A DNA stretch of 32,000 nucleotides from Kineococcus radiotolerans SRS30216 = ATCC BAA-149. Lineage in GTDB: Bacteria > Actinomycetota > Actinomycetes > Actinomycetales > Kineococcaceae. Under the pieces are notes generated by a model that saw only the letters and a program-made list of their open reading frames with translations, was not told where the DNA came from and did no database searches. The DNA lies in assembly GCF_000017305.1 (NCBI RefSeq), contig NC_009664.2, forward strand, positions 4,470,001 to 4,502,000, in the 5' to 3' direction. Of this stretch, positions 9,396 through 18,504 are shown in pieces (positions within the stretch are counted from its first letter, which is position 1; each line of letters opens with the position of its first letter). A program made the translations under genes and the position numbers.

Positions 9396-9652
9396 ATGGG
9401 CTCCTTCCGGGGTTGGGTGCGCGCATGGGCTCAGTCAGAGCGGATGCGCAGTGGGTGCGAAGGGATGAACAAGCCGGCCCCCGCAGGCTGGCGGGCGGCA
9501 GGACAGCGCCGGGGCCAGCTAGCAGGCGGGCCAGGTTGCGGGCGGGTCAGGTCGCTCGCGGCCCAGCCGGCCGTGATGCAGGTGGACAGGAAGCCGGTGC
9601 ATCGCAGTAGCAGGCCGATACCGATCCCGCCATCACAGCAACCGCGATGTCC

Positions 9653-10627
9653 TCAAGACGTAGGGGCAGGAGTGGTGTCCCCGGCTACCACCCGCAGCCG
9701 GTCGGTCACCTGGTGGGCGGGGTCAGCCACATCCTGCACGTTGAGCCGCTGCAAGAGCAGCCCAGCGATGGCATGCCCACTGAAGGCGATGTCGTAGTCC
9801 ACGGTCGTGATCGAAGGAGTCGAAGCCCGCGCGATGGAAGAGTTGTCGACCCCGATCAGACCGAAATCCTCCGGGGTGCGCCGACCCTGGTGCAGAGCCG
9901 CCCCCAACACCGCCAGCGCGACCTCGTCGTTGTACGCCACCAGCCCGACCGGACGCGGCGGCAGCTTGGCCACCGCAGCCTGGGCCCCACCACGCTCCAA
10001 CGCCACCCGCAGAGTCGGCAGCACGCGTACACCCTGCTCGCTGCACCACGCCTTCGCCCCCCGCTCCCGCGGCAGGGCGAAGCCGCGCTCGCGGACGGCG
10101 ACGGGCACGACGACCGCCAGGGTGTCGTAGCCGGCATCAGTCAGGTAGCGCGCCTGCAGTCTCCCGATCTCCTCGTCGATGGCGACCTGCGCCTCGCGCG
10201 GCTGGGCGATGAGGTGGACGCCGTGCTCGCGGATGCGACGTTCCTGGGCGGGGGGCAGCGGAGCCAGACTCACCACCCCGAACGGCTTGAGTCCCAGAAG
10301 GGTGTCGTGCAGGGACTCTTCCGAGCCCACGAAGCGCAGCAGGTTCGTCAGTCCCGCGGCGGTGAGGTCGGCGGTGATGATGTCGACCAGCTCCCGCAGC
10401 CTCGGGTTGAAGGTGACGTCGGGGATGAGGGTGATGACGATGTCGCTGGTGCCCCGGGCCAGGGTCCGCCCCGCCAGTGAGGGGCGGTAGCCCAGGACGG
10501 CCGCCGAGGCCCGGACCCGCGCGATGGTCTCCTCGCTGAAGAGGTGCTCGCGGCCGTTCAGGATCTGGCTCACCGTGGAGCGGGACAGACCGGCGTGCTG
10601 CGCGACGTCAGCGCTAGTCGCCATCAC
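9653..10627 (-). CDS. LacI/GalR-family transcriptional regulator
   Basis: N-terminal HTH MATSADVAQHAGLSRSTVSQILNG followed by a periplasmic-binding-protein-like sugar-sensor fold. Strong RBS GGGAGAGGAGG upstream of the ATG. Confidence 0.9.
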   Translation of the reverse strand: MMATSADVAQHAGLSRSTVSQILNGREHLFSEETIARVRASAAVLGYRPSLAGRTLARGTSDIVITLIPDVTFNPRLRELVDIITADLTAAGLTNLLRFVGSEESLHDTLLGLKPFGVVSLAPLPPAQERRIREHGVHLIAQPREAQVAIDEEIGRLQARYLTDAGYDTLAVVVPVAVRERGFALPRERGAKAWCSEQGVRVLPTLRVALERGGAQAAVAKLPPRPVGLVAYNDEVALAVLGAALHQGRRTPEDFGLIGVDNSSIARASTPSITTVDYDIAFSGHAIAGLLLQRLNVQDVADPAHQVTDRLRVVAGDTTPAPTS

Positions 10628-10666
10628 TGCCTCCTCTCCCTGACCGCCGCATCGCGTCCACCACGA

Positions 10667-12022
10667 TCAACGGACGCTGCGGATGCGCGCGGTCGTGATC
10701 GCCGTACCGGCGGCGAGTATAGCCCCGCAGGTGAACAGGGCGGCGTAGTTGCCGCCCCCGCCGAGGCCGATGACCAGCGGAGCCACGATCGGGGCGATGA
10801 CGCCGGGGATGCCGGAGGACAGGTAGTAGATGCCCATGTACTTCCCCGCCTTGTCCGGCTCGGGAAGCAGGTCGGTGGCCATGGCCAGGTCCACCGAGGT
10901 GAAAGCACCGGTGCCGGCGCTCAGCAGCGTTCCTCCGAGGATGAACATCGTGATGCTGTCGGCCACCGCAACGGTGATCAGCCCCGTGGCGATGAGGGCG
11001 GCAGCGAGGTAGATGAAGGGCTTGCGCCGGCGCAGCCGGTCGGAAAGGAACCCGCCCAGCACGGCGAAGGACATCAAGGCCACCAGGCTGATGCCGCCGG
11101 CGGCGGCCAGTTTCCGCCCCGCCTCCTCGGGGGTGGAGCCCAGCCGGTCGAGCAGGAAGTACAGCTGATAGGTGCTGAAGAAGGTGAACCCGAACTGCAG
11201 TAGGAATTTACCGATGAAGACCAGTGCGAAGTCGGAGTGCTGACGCGGGTTGAACAAGAAGCTGCGGAAGACCTCCGCCAGGGAGGGGACCACGGTCCCC
11301 GCGGGTGCGGGTTCGTCCTTGAGAATGGGCAGGAAGATCAGCAATCCCAGGGCGAAGACCACGCAAGGGGTGAGAAAGAGCAGCAGCATGCTGCCGGTGA
11401 GGAAGCTGCCGAAGAGGCTGGCGCCTACACCGGCCAGTGCAGCCGAAACCCCGCCGAGGGCTCCGACCCGGCCCCGCTGAGCAGAGGGGACGCGCTCGGC
11501 CAGCACCGGGTTGAACCCGGCGCTGATCACCGCGACGGCCAGCTGGGAGATGGACCAGCCCACCACCATGAGCGCGATGCTGGAGACGAGGGCGATGATG
11601 AGTGCGCCGAGGGCGGCGAGCAGAAGGCCGGCAACCAACCAGGGGCGGCGCCGTCCCCAGCGCAGCCGGGTTCCGTCGGCGAGAACCCCGGCGACGGGTC
11701 CGGCGATCAGACCGAGGATGCTGCCCAGGCCGATGACCAGTCCCAGGCTGGTGTGCTTGCCGGTCGGGTCGATGACCTGGACCTTGTAGGCCAGGCTGAA
11801 CAGCGCCGGCATCAGCATGACCAGGTTCAGGCCGAAGTAGGTGAACATGTAGGCGCCGATGAAGCCGGCGCCCACGCGGGGCAGCGGCCGTACGGGATCA
11901 CCTCGCTGGGAGCTGGGTGGGCCCGGCTCGTTGCGATGGGCGACGTGCTCGGTCACCAAGCCGGCGGCGTCGCTTATCGCCTGGGCAGGGGTGATCTCCG
12001 GGGGCAGTGGGGTGTTGGACAC
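10667..12022 (-). CDS. MFS transporter, glycoside-pentoside-hexuronide (GPH/MelB-like) type
   Basis: About 12 hydrophobic segments. It has the GPH-like loop motif LADGTRLRWGRRRPW. GTG start is preceded by GGAG (5-nt spacer). It is the first gene of the minus-strand MFS-LacI-GH3-GH3 string. Confidence 0.85.
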   Translation of the reverse strand: MSNTPLPPEITPAQAISDAAGLVTEHVAHRNEPGPPSSQRGDPVRPLPRVGAGFIGAYMFTYFGLNLVMLMPALFSLAYKVQVIDPTGKHTSLGLVIGLGSILGLIAGPVAGVLADGTRLRWGRRRPWLVAGLLLAALGALIIALVSSIALMVVGWSISQLAVAVISAGFNPVLAERVPSAQRGRVGALGGVSAALAGVGASLFGSFLTGSMLLLFLTPCVVFALGLLIFLPILKDEPAPAGTVVPSLAEVFRSFLFNPRQHSDFALVFIGKFLLQFGFTFFSTYQLYFLLDRLGSTPEEAGRKLAAAGGISLVALMSFAVLGGFLSDRLRRRKPFIYLAAALIATGLITVAVADSITMFILGGTLLSAGTGAFTSVDLAMATDLLPEPDKAGKYMGIYYLSSGIPGVIAPIVAPLVIGLGGGGNYAALFTCGAILAAGTAITTARIRSVR

Positions 12023-12102
12023 GGTGGCTCCGTCGGCATCCGAGTACAGGGGCAGGTCTCATCCCGGCTCCGGAGCCGGCGCAAGAACGGTAACGCTATC
12101 CG

Positions 12103-12116
12103 TTGACGCGCGTCAA
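12103..12116. promoter_or_regulatory. perfect 14-bp palindrome TTGACGCGCGTCAA in the divergent promoter gap (candidate LacI-family operator)
   Basis: The sequence is exactly self-complementary with a central CG. It lies 81 nt upstream of the MFS GTG (12022) and 67 nt upstream of the GH2 ATG (12183). Each half-site reads as a -35-like TTGACG on its own strand. A flanking inverted repeat AACGG-N9-CCGTT sits at 12086-12104. Confidence 0.55.
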
Positions 12117-12182
12117 TGAGGTGTGTTTCGCTGTGCGGACTGCAGTGGACCCGCGAGCGATGACGCCACCGGAAGGACGACG

Positions 12183-14831
12183 ATGACCGTGGTAGCCCCT
12201 CCGACCCGGGTGCAAGAGCTCAAGGTCTGGAGGTTCGCCCCCGTCGACTCGGAGGCGTGGACTCCTGTCCGGTTGCCCCACGACGCGATGATCACCGAGC
12301 CGCGCACCCCCGATGCTCCCGGCGGCCCCGACGTGGCGTACTTCCCCGGTGGTCGCTACCGCTACCGCACCACCTGGTCCGCCCAGCAGGACCCCGCCGC
12401 CTTTACGGCCCTGCGCTTCGAAGGCGTCCAGGGTGAGGCCGACGTCTCGGTCAACGGGGCACACGTCGGTCGTATCCGCAGCGGCTACAGCGAGGTCGAG
12501 CTCGACATCAGCAACCACGTGTGCTGGGGCGCAGACAACGCGATCCACGTCGACGTCGACAACCTGGCGCAGCCGACCAGCCGCTGGTACCCCGGCTCAG
12601 GGCTCTACCGAACGGTCGCACTGGTCCTGCGACCCACCGTGCACTTCACCGCCGACGGACTGCGCCTTCGAACCCGTCACCTGCAGCGCGAGCGGGCCGT
12701 CGTCGACGTCGCCTACGAGCTGCGCACCGCGGTGGTGGGCCCGCTGCACGCCGAGGGGCATGCCGAGGGGCACGGTGAGGGGCACGGTGAGGGGCACGGT
12801 GAGGGGCACGGTGAGGAGCACCGCGAGGATCGTGTCGAGGAGCACCGCAATGATCGTGTCGAGGAGCAGCTCGAGGTGAGCATCGAACTGCTCGACGGCC
12901 AGGTCGTCGTGGCCCACGGCCTCGGGCGCGATGGAAGTGGGCAGGTGCGGTTGTCGGTCCCCGACCCTCGACCGTGGTCGGCGGAAACCCCCCACCTCTA
13001 CCGGCTGCGGGCCAGGGTGACACGCGGGGGGCGAGTACTGGACGAACGCGTCGAGCGCGTGGGGCTGCGCACCATCAGCATCGACCCCGTCCGCGGGCTG
13101 CAGGTCAACGGGCAGACGGTCCTGCTGCGCGGGGCGTGCGTGCACCACGACAACGGGGTGCTGGGAGCGGCCACCCACCGCGGCGCCGAGTATCGGCGGG
13201 TGCGGTTGCTGAAGGACGCCGGCTTCAACGCGATCCGCAGCGCCCACAACCCCGCCTCGCGGCACCTGCTGCAGGCCTGCGACGAGCTGGGCGTCTACGT
13301 CGTGGACGAGCTCGCCGACTACTGGGTGGTCTCCAAGACGGCCCACGACTTCGCGTGGCGCTTCGAGCAGACCTGGCGCGAGGACGCGGATGCGATGGTG
13401 CGCAAGGACCGCAACCACCCCGCCGTCATCATGTACGCCGCCGGCAACGAGATCCCCGAGACCGCCAAGGTTGAAGGTGTGGACCTGACCCGCCAGATCA
13501 CCGAGCACCTGCACCGCGCCGACCCCGACCGCCCGGTGACCGTGGCGATCAACCTCTTCCTCAACACCATGGTCGCGATGGCCAAGTCCCCCTACGGCGA
13601 CAGTCCCGCCACCTCTCCCGAACACCGCTCTGCGCAGGAGCAAGACCGCCCGTCAATGGCTGGTAGCACCGAGGCCAATGTCATGATCAACCAGATCGGG
13701 CGGATGATGGACGTCGTCTCCCGGCTGCCCCGCGCGGACAAGGCCTCCCGCGATGCCTTCGCCCAGGTCGACGTCGCCGGCTACAACTACGGACTGGGCC
13801 GCTACCAGCACGACGTCAAGGCCTACCCCGGGCGCGTGATCCTCGGGACTGAGACCCTGCCCGGTGACGTCGCCCGGGCCTGGCACCTGGTACAGCAACA
13901 CGATGCGGTCATCGGCGACTTCGTCTGGGCCGGGTGGGAGTACCTCGGCGAGGCGGGGGTCGCGGTCTGGGTCCCGGGTACGCGGGCGGGGCTGTCCAAG
14001 CCGTACCCGCACCTGATCGCCGGACCCGGCATGTTCGACCTGACCGGCCGCCCCGACATCACCTTGCGCCTGGCCCAGGCCGCCTGGGGACGACTGGAGG
14101 CCCCGGCCATCGGGGTGCGACCGCTGGATCGCGCCGGGGTCCCGATGGTCCGCTCCGCCTGGCGGGTCACCGACGCGGTGGAGAGCTGGTCCTGGCGCGG
14201 CTGCGAAGGCCGCACCGCCGAAGTCGAGGTCTACAGCGACGACGACCGCGTCGAACTGCTCCTGAACGGGGAGGTGGTCGGACGCGCCCGCACGGGGCGC
14301 AGGCGCGGGTACCGGGCCACCTTCACCCTCCCCTACGCACCCGGTGTCCTCACCGCTGTGGGCTACCGCGATGGCGTGGCGACCTCGAGCCGGTCCTTGA
14401 GCAGCGCCACCGGCCCGCTGCAGTTGCGTCTGCACAGCGAGGCCGCCGCAATCACCGCCGACGACGAGGAAGTGCTGTTCGTGCAGGTGTCGATCACCGA
14501 CGCCGACGGGGTGGTGGAGATGCTCGCCGACGAGCAGGTCCAGGTGGTCATCGACGGCCCCGGTGAGCTCATCGGGTTCGGCACCGCCGCCCCGGCCTCG
14601 GAGGAGGGTTTCACCGGCGACACCCGCACCACCTTCCGGGGGCGGGCCCTGCTGGTGGTGCGCAGCACCGGCGCCGAAGGAGCGATCACCGTGCGGGTGC
14701 AGGGGGCGACCACGGGGCGGGCCGAGGTGGTCGTCCCCGCTCTCAACCCGCCCGGCCGGACGGATGTCCGCGCCACCGATCTGGTCTCCATTCCCCGGGC
14801 CACCGGCGAGGCCGTCGTCGTCCTCGACTGA
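12183..14831 (+). CDS. GH2 family glycoside hydrolase (beta-galactosidase / beta-glucuronidase-like)
   Basis: ATG at 12183 is preceded by GGAAGGA (6-nt spacer). The track start at 12123 is less likely. Motifs: WRFAPVD..W..VRLPHD, PWSAETPHLY, NAIRSAHNPASRHLLQACDELGVYVVDE, NHPAVIMYAAGNE (acid/base Glu). C-terminal Ig-like domains follow. No signal peptide. Confidence 0.87.
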   Translation: MTVVAPPTRVQELKVWRFAPVDSEAWTPVRLPHDAMITEPRTPDAPGGPDVAYFPGGRYRYRTTWSAQQDPAAFTALRFEGVQGEADVSVNGAHVGRIRSGYSEVELDISNHVCWGADNAIHVDVDNLAQPTSRWYPGSGLYRTVALVLRPTVHFTADGLRLRTRHLQRERAVVDVAYELRTAVVGPLHAEGHAEGHGEGHGEGHGEGHGEEHREDRVEEHRNDRVEEQLEVSIELLDGQVVVAHGLGRDGSGQVRLSVPDPRPWSAETPHLYRLRARVTRGGRVLDERVERVGLRTISIDPVRGLQVNGQTVLLRGACVHHDNGVLGAATHRGAEYRRVRLLKDAGFNAIRSAHNPASRHLLQACDELGVYVVDELADYWVVSKTAHDFAWRFEQTWREDADAMVRKDRNHPAVIMYAAGNEIPETAKVEGVDLTRQITEHLHRADPDRPVTVAINLFLNTMVAMAKSPYGDSPATSPEHRSAQEQDRPSMAGSTEANVMINQIGRMMDVVSRLPRADKASRDAFAQVDVAGYNYGLGRYQHDVKAYPGRVILGTETLPGDVARAWHLVQQHDAVIGDFVWAGWEYLGEAGVAVWVPGTRAGLSKPYPHLIAGPGMFDLTGRPDITLRLAQAAWGRLEAPAIGVRPLDRAGVPMVRSAWRVTDAVESWSWRGCEGRTAEVEVYSDDDRVELLLNGEVVGRARTGRRRGYRATFTLPYAPGVLTAVGYRDGVATSSRSLSSATGPLQLRLHSEAAAITADDEEVLFVQVSITDADGVVEMLADEQVQVVIDGPGELIGFGTAAPASEEGFTGDTRTTFRGRALLVVRSTGAEGAITVRVQGATTGRAEVVVPALNPPGRTDVRATDLVSIPRATGEAVVVLD
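12747..12866. repeat. in-frame tandem repeats inside the GH2 CDS: 12-bp unit x6, then 24-bp unit x2
   Basis: 12747-12818 encodes HAEG-HAEG-HGEG-HGEG-HGEG-HGEE (GGGCACGGTGAG-type units). 12819-12866 encodes HREDRVEE-HRNDRVEE. Confidence 0.9.
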
Positions 14832-14869
14832 CTCCTCGAGTCCGACCATCAGCTGACCACCGAGAGGAC

Positions 14870-16042
14870 ATGCTCGTGCCGTACACCTTCCCCGTCGGCT
14901 TCTTGTGGGGGGCGGCGACAGCCGCTCATCAGGTCGAGGGCAACAACGTCAACAACGACTGGTGGAAGCTTGAGCACGACGCAGCCGGCTACATCGACTT
15001 CAGTGGGGATGCGCTCGACAGCTATCACCGCTACCCCGAGGACATGCGGTTGCTGGCAGAAGCGGGTTTGAACACCTACCGCTTCAGCATCGAATGGTCG
15101 CGCATCGAACCTAGTCCGGGAAAGTTCTCCGGAGCGTTGCTGGCCCACTACCGCCGCATGATCGACACCGCTCTCGCACTGGGACTGACTCCGATCGTCA
15201 CCCTGCATCACTTCACCCACCCGCTGTGGTTCGGCGAGCGCGGGGGATGGCTGGGGCCTGACGCCGTGGAGACGTTCACCCGCTACGTGCAGCGCGCTTG
15301 CACCATCCTCGAGGGGGTGCAGTGGGTGTGCACCATCAACGAACCCAACGTCGTGGCCATGAACCACGGCGCAGCACGCATCATGGCCGCCGGCCATCCC
15401 TATCCGTCGACGCCCTTCCCCGATCCTGTGATCGGGGAAGCGCTGATCACCGCCCACCTGGCCGCAGCGCCGCTGATCCGGCAGGCCACCGGCGCCCACG
15501 TGGGCTGGACGGTAGCCAACCAGGCCTTCGTCGCGGCCCCGGGGGCGGAGAGCAAGCACGCCGAGGTGAAGTACACCTGGGAGGACATGTACCTCGAGGC
15601 TGCGCGCGGTGACGACTACGTGGGCGTGCAGTCCTACACCAGCCAGGTCATCGACGCCGACGGCATCCGCGCCCATCCGGAAGACCCCGGGAACACCCTC
15701 ATGGGGTGGGCTTACCGACCCGACGCCCTGTCCATCGCTCTGCGTCACACCCGTGACATTGTCGGTGAGGTGCCGATCGTGGTCACCGAGAACGGCATCG
15801 CCACCGATGACGACGAACGGCGCATCGCCTACACCGGCGAGGCCCTGGCTGGACTAGCCCAGGCGATGCAGGACGGTATCGATGTGCGTGGCTACTGCCA
15901 TTGGAGTCTGCTGGACAACTTCGAGTGGGGCCGCTGGCACCCGACATTCGGGCTGATCGCGGTCGATCACGACACCTTCGCGCGTCATCCCAAGCCGAGC
16001 CTGGCGTGGCTGGGGTCCGTCGCTCAAGCCAACGCCATCTGA
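14870..16042 (+). CDS. GH1 beta-glucosidase
   Basis: Motifs: FPVGFLWGAATAAHQVEG, YRFSIEWSRIEP, TINEPNV (acid/base Glu), VVTENGIATDDD (nucleophile Glu), WSLLDNFEW. The RBS GAGAGGA ends 1 nt before the ATG, so GTG at 14876 (7-nt spacer) is an alternative start. Confidence 0.92.
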   Translation: MLVPYTFPVGFLWGAATAAHQVEGNNVNNDWWKLEHDAAGYIDFSGDALDSYHRYPEDMRLLAEAGLNTYRFSIEWSRIEPSPGKFSGALLAHYRRMIDTALALGLTPIVTLHHFTHPLWFGERGGWLGPDAVETFTRYVQRACTILEGVQWVCTINEPNVVAMNHGAARIMAAGHPYPSTPFPDPVIGEALITAHLAAAPLIRQATGAHVGWTVANQAFVAAPGAESKHAEVKYTWEDMYLEAARGDDYVGVQSYTSQVIDADGIRAHPEDPGNTLMGWAYRPDALSIALRHTRDIVGEVPIVVTENGIATDDDERRIAYTGEALAGLAQAMQDGIDVRGYCHWSLLDNFEWGRWHPTFGLIAVDHDTFARHPKPSLAWLGSVAQANAI

Positions 16043-16067
16043 GACCGCCCGTACGAGGAGACCGAGC

Positions 16068-16898
16068 ATGCAGATCGAGAACGCCGTGTTCGCCGTCACC
16101 GGAGCCGGGAACGGCATGGGGCGACAGGTGGTGTTGGAACTGGTCCGCCGCGGGGCGCGAGTCGCCGCCTTCGACCGGGACGAGACCGGACTCGCAGAGA
16201 CCGCCGGCTTGGCCGGTGCCGGCGATCGGGTCAGTACCCATGTAGTGAACGTCACCGACCCCGGCGCAGTCGCGGCCATGCCTGCGGTTGTCGAGGCAGT
16301 GCACGGTCACGTTGATGCGGTGATCAACATCGCCGGGATCATCCATCGCTTCACTTCCTTCGAGGACCTCACCGCTGAAGAGACCCAACGCGTCTTGGAG
16401 GTGAACCTCATCGGTACGATCGCTGTGAGCCGCGCCTTCCTGCCTGTCCTGCAGCAGCGGCCGCGCGCAGCACTGGTCAACATGGCCAGTCTCGCGGCGT
16501 TGGTGCCCTTCGCCGGTCAGACGCTCTACGGGGCCAGCAAGGCGGCCGTGAAGCAGTTCAGCGAAGGCATCTACGCGGAACTTCGCGGCTCGACGGTGAC
16601 GGTCTCGACTATCTTCCCGGGCAACATCGCCACCAACCTGACCGGGAACTCCGGCGTGGCCATGATCGACGCCGGAGGCCGGAAGGTGCGGTCCACATCA
16701 CCTGAGGATGCGGGGCGCCAGATCGTCCAAGGCATCGCCAACGGCCGGTTCCGGATCCTCATTGGCCGCGACGCCCGCCTGCTCAGCCTGCTCGAGCGAC
16801 TAGCTCCGCGTTGGACCACCGACATGGTTGCCCGACAGATGGCCTCGGTCCTGTCGCCGCCGGCAGGATCACGAACCCCGCAACGGGTCGCTTCGTGA
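16068..16898 (+). CDS. classical short-chain dehydrogenase/reductase (SDR)
   Basis: Motifs: TGAGNGMGRQ (TGxxxGxG), NIAG, and the catalytic S...YGASK. RBS GAGGAG lies 7 nt upstream. The gene starts 25 nt after the GH1 stop. Confidence 0.9.
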   Translation: MQIENAVFAVTGAGNGMGRQVVLELVRRGARVAAFDRDETGLAETAGLAGAGDRVSTHVVNVTDPGAVAAMPAVVEAVHGHVDAVINIAGIIHRFTSFEDLTAEETQRVLEVNLIGTIAVSRAFLPVLQQRPRAALVNMASLAALVPFAGQTLYGASKAAVKQFSEGIYAELRGSTVTVSTIFPGNIATNLTGNSGVAMIDAGGRKVRSTSPEDAGRQIVQGIANGRFRILIGRDARLLSLLERLAPRWTTDMVARQMASVLSPPAGSRTPQRVAS

Positions 16899-17013
16899 CA
16901 ACTTCCACGGCGACCGCTGACGACCTCGCGAGCCGTGAGGCGGCGCGCCGCCCGCTCGACGGGCGAGCGCGACCTCACCGCCACGCCCGCACAAGCACCG
17001 AATCGAGGACTCG

Positions 17014-18231
17014 ATGACCACCACCGACGCCACCTGCCCGGTACGCGAGCTACCCCGCGACCGGTGCCCCTTCGACCCCGATCCCGCTTACGTGCGGTTG
17101 CGTGTGGAGGAGCCGGTCACCCGGGTCAACACGCCGGCTGGCCTTGACGTCTGGCTGGTCAGTCGTTACGAGGACGCCCGGACGGTGCTGTTGGACGGGG
17201 AGTCATTCAGCAACATCGACTCCAGCTCCTCCCACCTCATTGGGCAGGTCGAGCAGCTGCAGCAACCACCCCCGCCGGGGATCCTGCTGCGCCTGGACGG
17301 GGAAGCCCACAGCTCACTGCGCTTGCGCCTTGCACGGGAGTTCTCGCCGAAGGCGATGGCGCGCCTGGAGCCGTACGTGCAGGCCCTGGTGGAGGAGCAC
17401 CTGCAGCGTCTGATTGCCGCCGGTACACCCTTCGACCTGTATCGCGACTTCGCCCTGACGATTCCCTCCCTCGTGATCGGGGAACTGCTTGGGGTCCCCG
17501 TCCAGGATCGTGACGTCTTCGCCTCCACCACCTCGCGAATGGTCGACATCAGCCTCACCGCGCAGGAACGTGAAGCGGCGTCGCAGGAAATGAACGGCTT
17601 CCTGGTCCAGCTGGTGCAGGCGAAATTCGCCGACCCGGCCGACGACCTACTGAGCCGCCTCATCACCGACCCCCGCAAGCACCCGGTCACCTTCGAAGAG
17701 CTCGTCGGGCTGTCCTTGCTGCTGCTGACCGCCGGGCACGACACCACCGCCAACATGATCGCGTTGGGCACCCTGCGGCTGCTGCAGGAGCCGGCCTTGG
17801 CCGAACGCGTGCGCGACGACTGTGAGGTGCTCCAGACCGGGATCGATGAACTGGTGCGTTACCTCACGATCGTGCACTACGGCGTGCTGCGGCTAGCGGT
17901 ACGCGATGTCCAAGTGGGCGATGTGATGGTGCCGGCGGGTGACTACGTGGCCGTCAGCCTGGAGTCGGCCAACCGGGACGAGGCCCTCACTCTCGACCCG
18001 GACCGTCTCGACCTCGAGCGCACCTCCGCCCACGTCGGCTTCGGCTACGGCGTGCACCAGTGCCTGGGCCAGCACCTGGCCCGCCTGGAGCTGCGGCTGG
18101 CACTACCTGCCCTGCTGCGGCAGCTGCCGGGGTTGCGGACGGTCGAGGCGTTGCCGGACATCCCCTTCAAGAACGACATGATCGTTTACGGGGTCAAGAA
18201 GCTTAACGTGACCTGGGACGGAGCCCGCTGA
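17014..18231 (+). CDS. cytochrome P450 monooxygenase
   Basis: Motifs: I-helix LLLTAGHDTT, ExxR (ELVRY), and the heme-thiolate loop FGYGVHQCLGQHLA. RBS GAGGA upstream of the ATG. Confidence 0.93.
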   Translation: MTTTDATCPVRELPRDRCPFDPDPAYVRLRVEEPVTRVNTPAGLDVWLVSRYEDARTVLLDGESFSNIDSSSSHLIGQVEQLQQPPPPGILLRLDGEAHSSLRLRLAREFSPKAMARLEPYVQALVEEHLQRLIAAGTPFDLYRDFALTIPSLVIGELLGVPVQDRDVFASTTSRMVDISLTAQEREAASQEMNGFLVQLVQAKFADPADDLLSRLITDPRKHPVTFEELVGLSLLLLTAGHDTTANMIALGTLRLLQEPALAERVRDDCEVLQTGIDELVRYLTIVHYGVLRLAVRDVQVGDVMVPAGDYVAVSLESANRDEALTLDPDRLDLERTSAHVGFGYGVHQCLGQHLARLELRLALPALLRQLPGLRTVEALPDIPFKNDMIVYGVKKLNVTWDGAR

Positions 18232-18431
18232 TGCGCGTCACCACCGAAACCGACCGGTGCGTGGCCGCCGGAGTGTGCGTCGTGGCCGCCCCCGCCGTTT
18301 TCGATCAGGACGACGAGGAAGGCCTCGTCGTCGTCCTGGATGCCGACCCGGGGGAGGAGCAGCGCCGGGCGGTGGAAGACGCCGCGGCGCGTTGCCCGGC
18401 CCGCGTCATCCACGTCAGCGGCGCCTCGTGA
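18231..18431 (+). CDS. small ferredoxin (3Fe-4S-type, P450-associated)
   Basis: 66 aa. It has DRCVAAGVCVVAAP ... ARCPARVI (CxxxxxC...CP pattern). Its ATG overlaps the P450 stop by 1 nt (TGATG), which suggests translational coupling. Confidence 0.8.
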   Translation: MRVTTETDRCVAAGVCVVAAPAVFDQDDEEGLVVVLDADPGEEQRRAVEDAAARCPARVIHVSGAS

Positions 18432-18504
18432 CGACTTATCAGATCAGTGACGCGAGGCGGTGCCCGACGGCGTTGACGGGCCCCATGACGCGGCAGGATG
18501 GGTT

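Noticed and set aside
9418-9425. TGCGCGCA palindrome 23 nt upstream of the GH3-2 start, considered as an internal operator.
   Set aside because: An 8-bp GC-rich palindrome is expected by chance in ~70% G+C DNA. It does not extend and differs from the 12103-12116 site.
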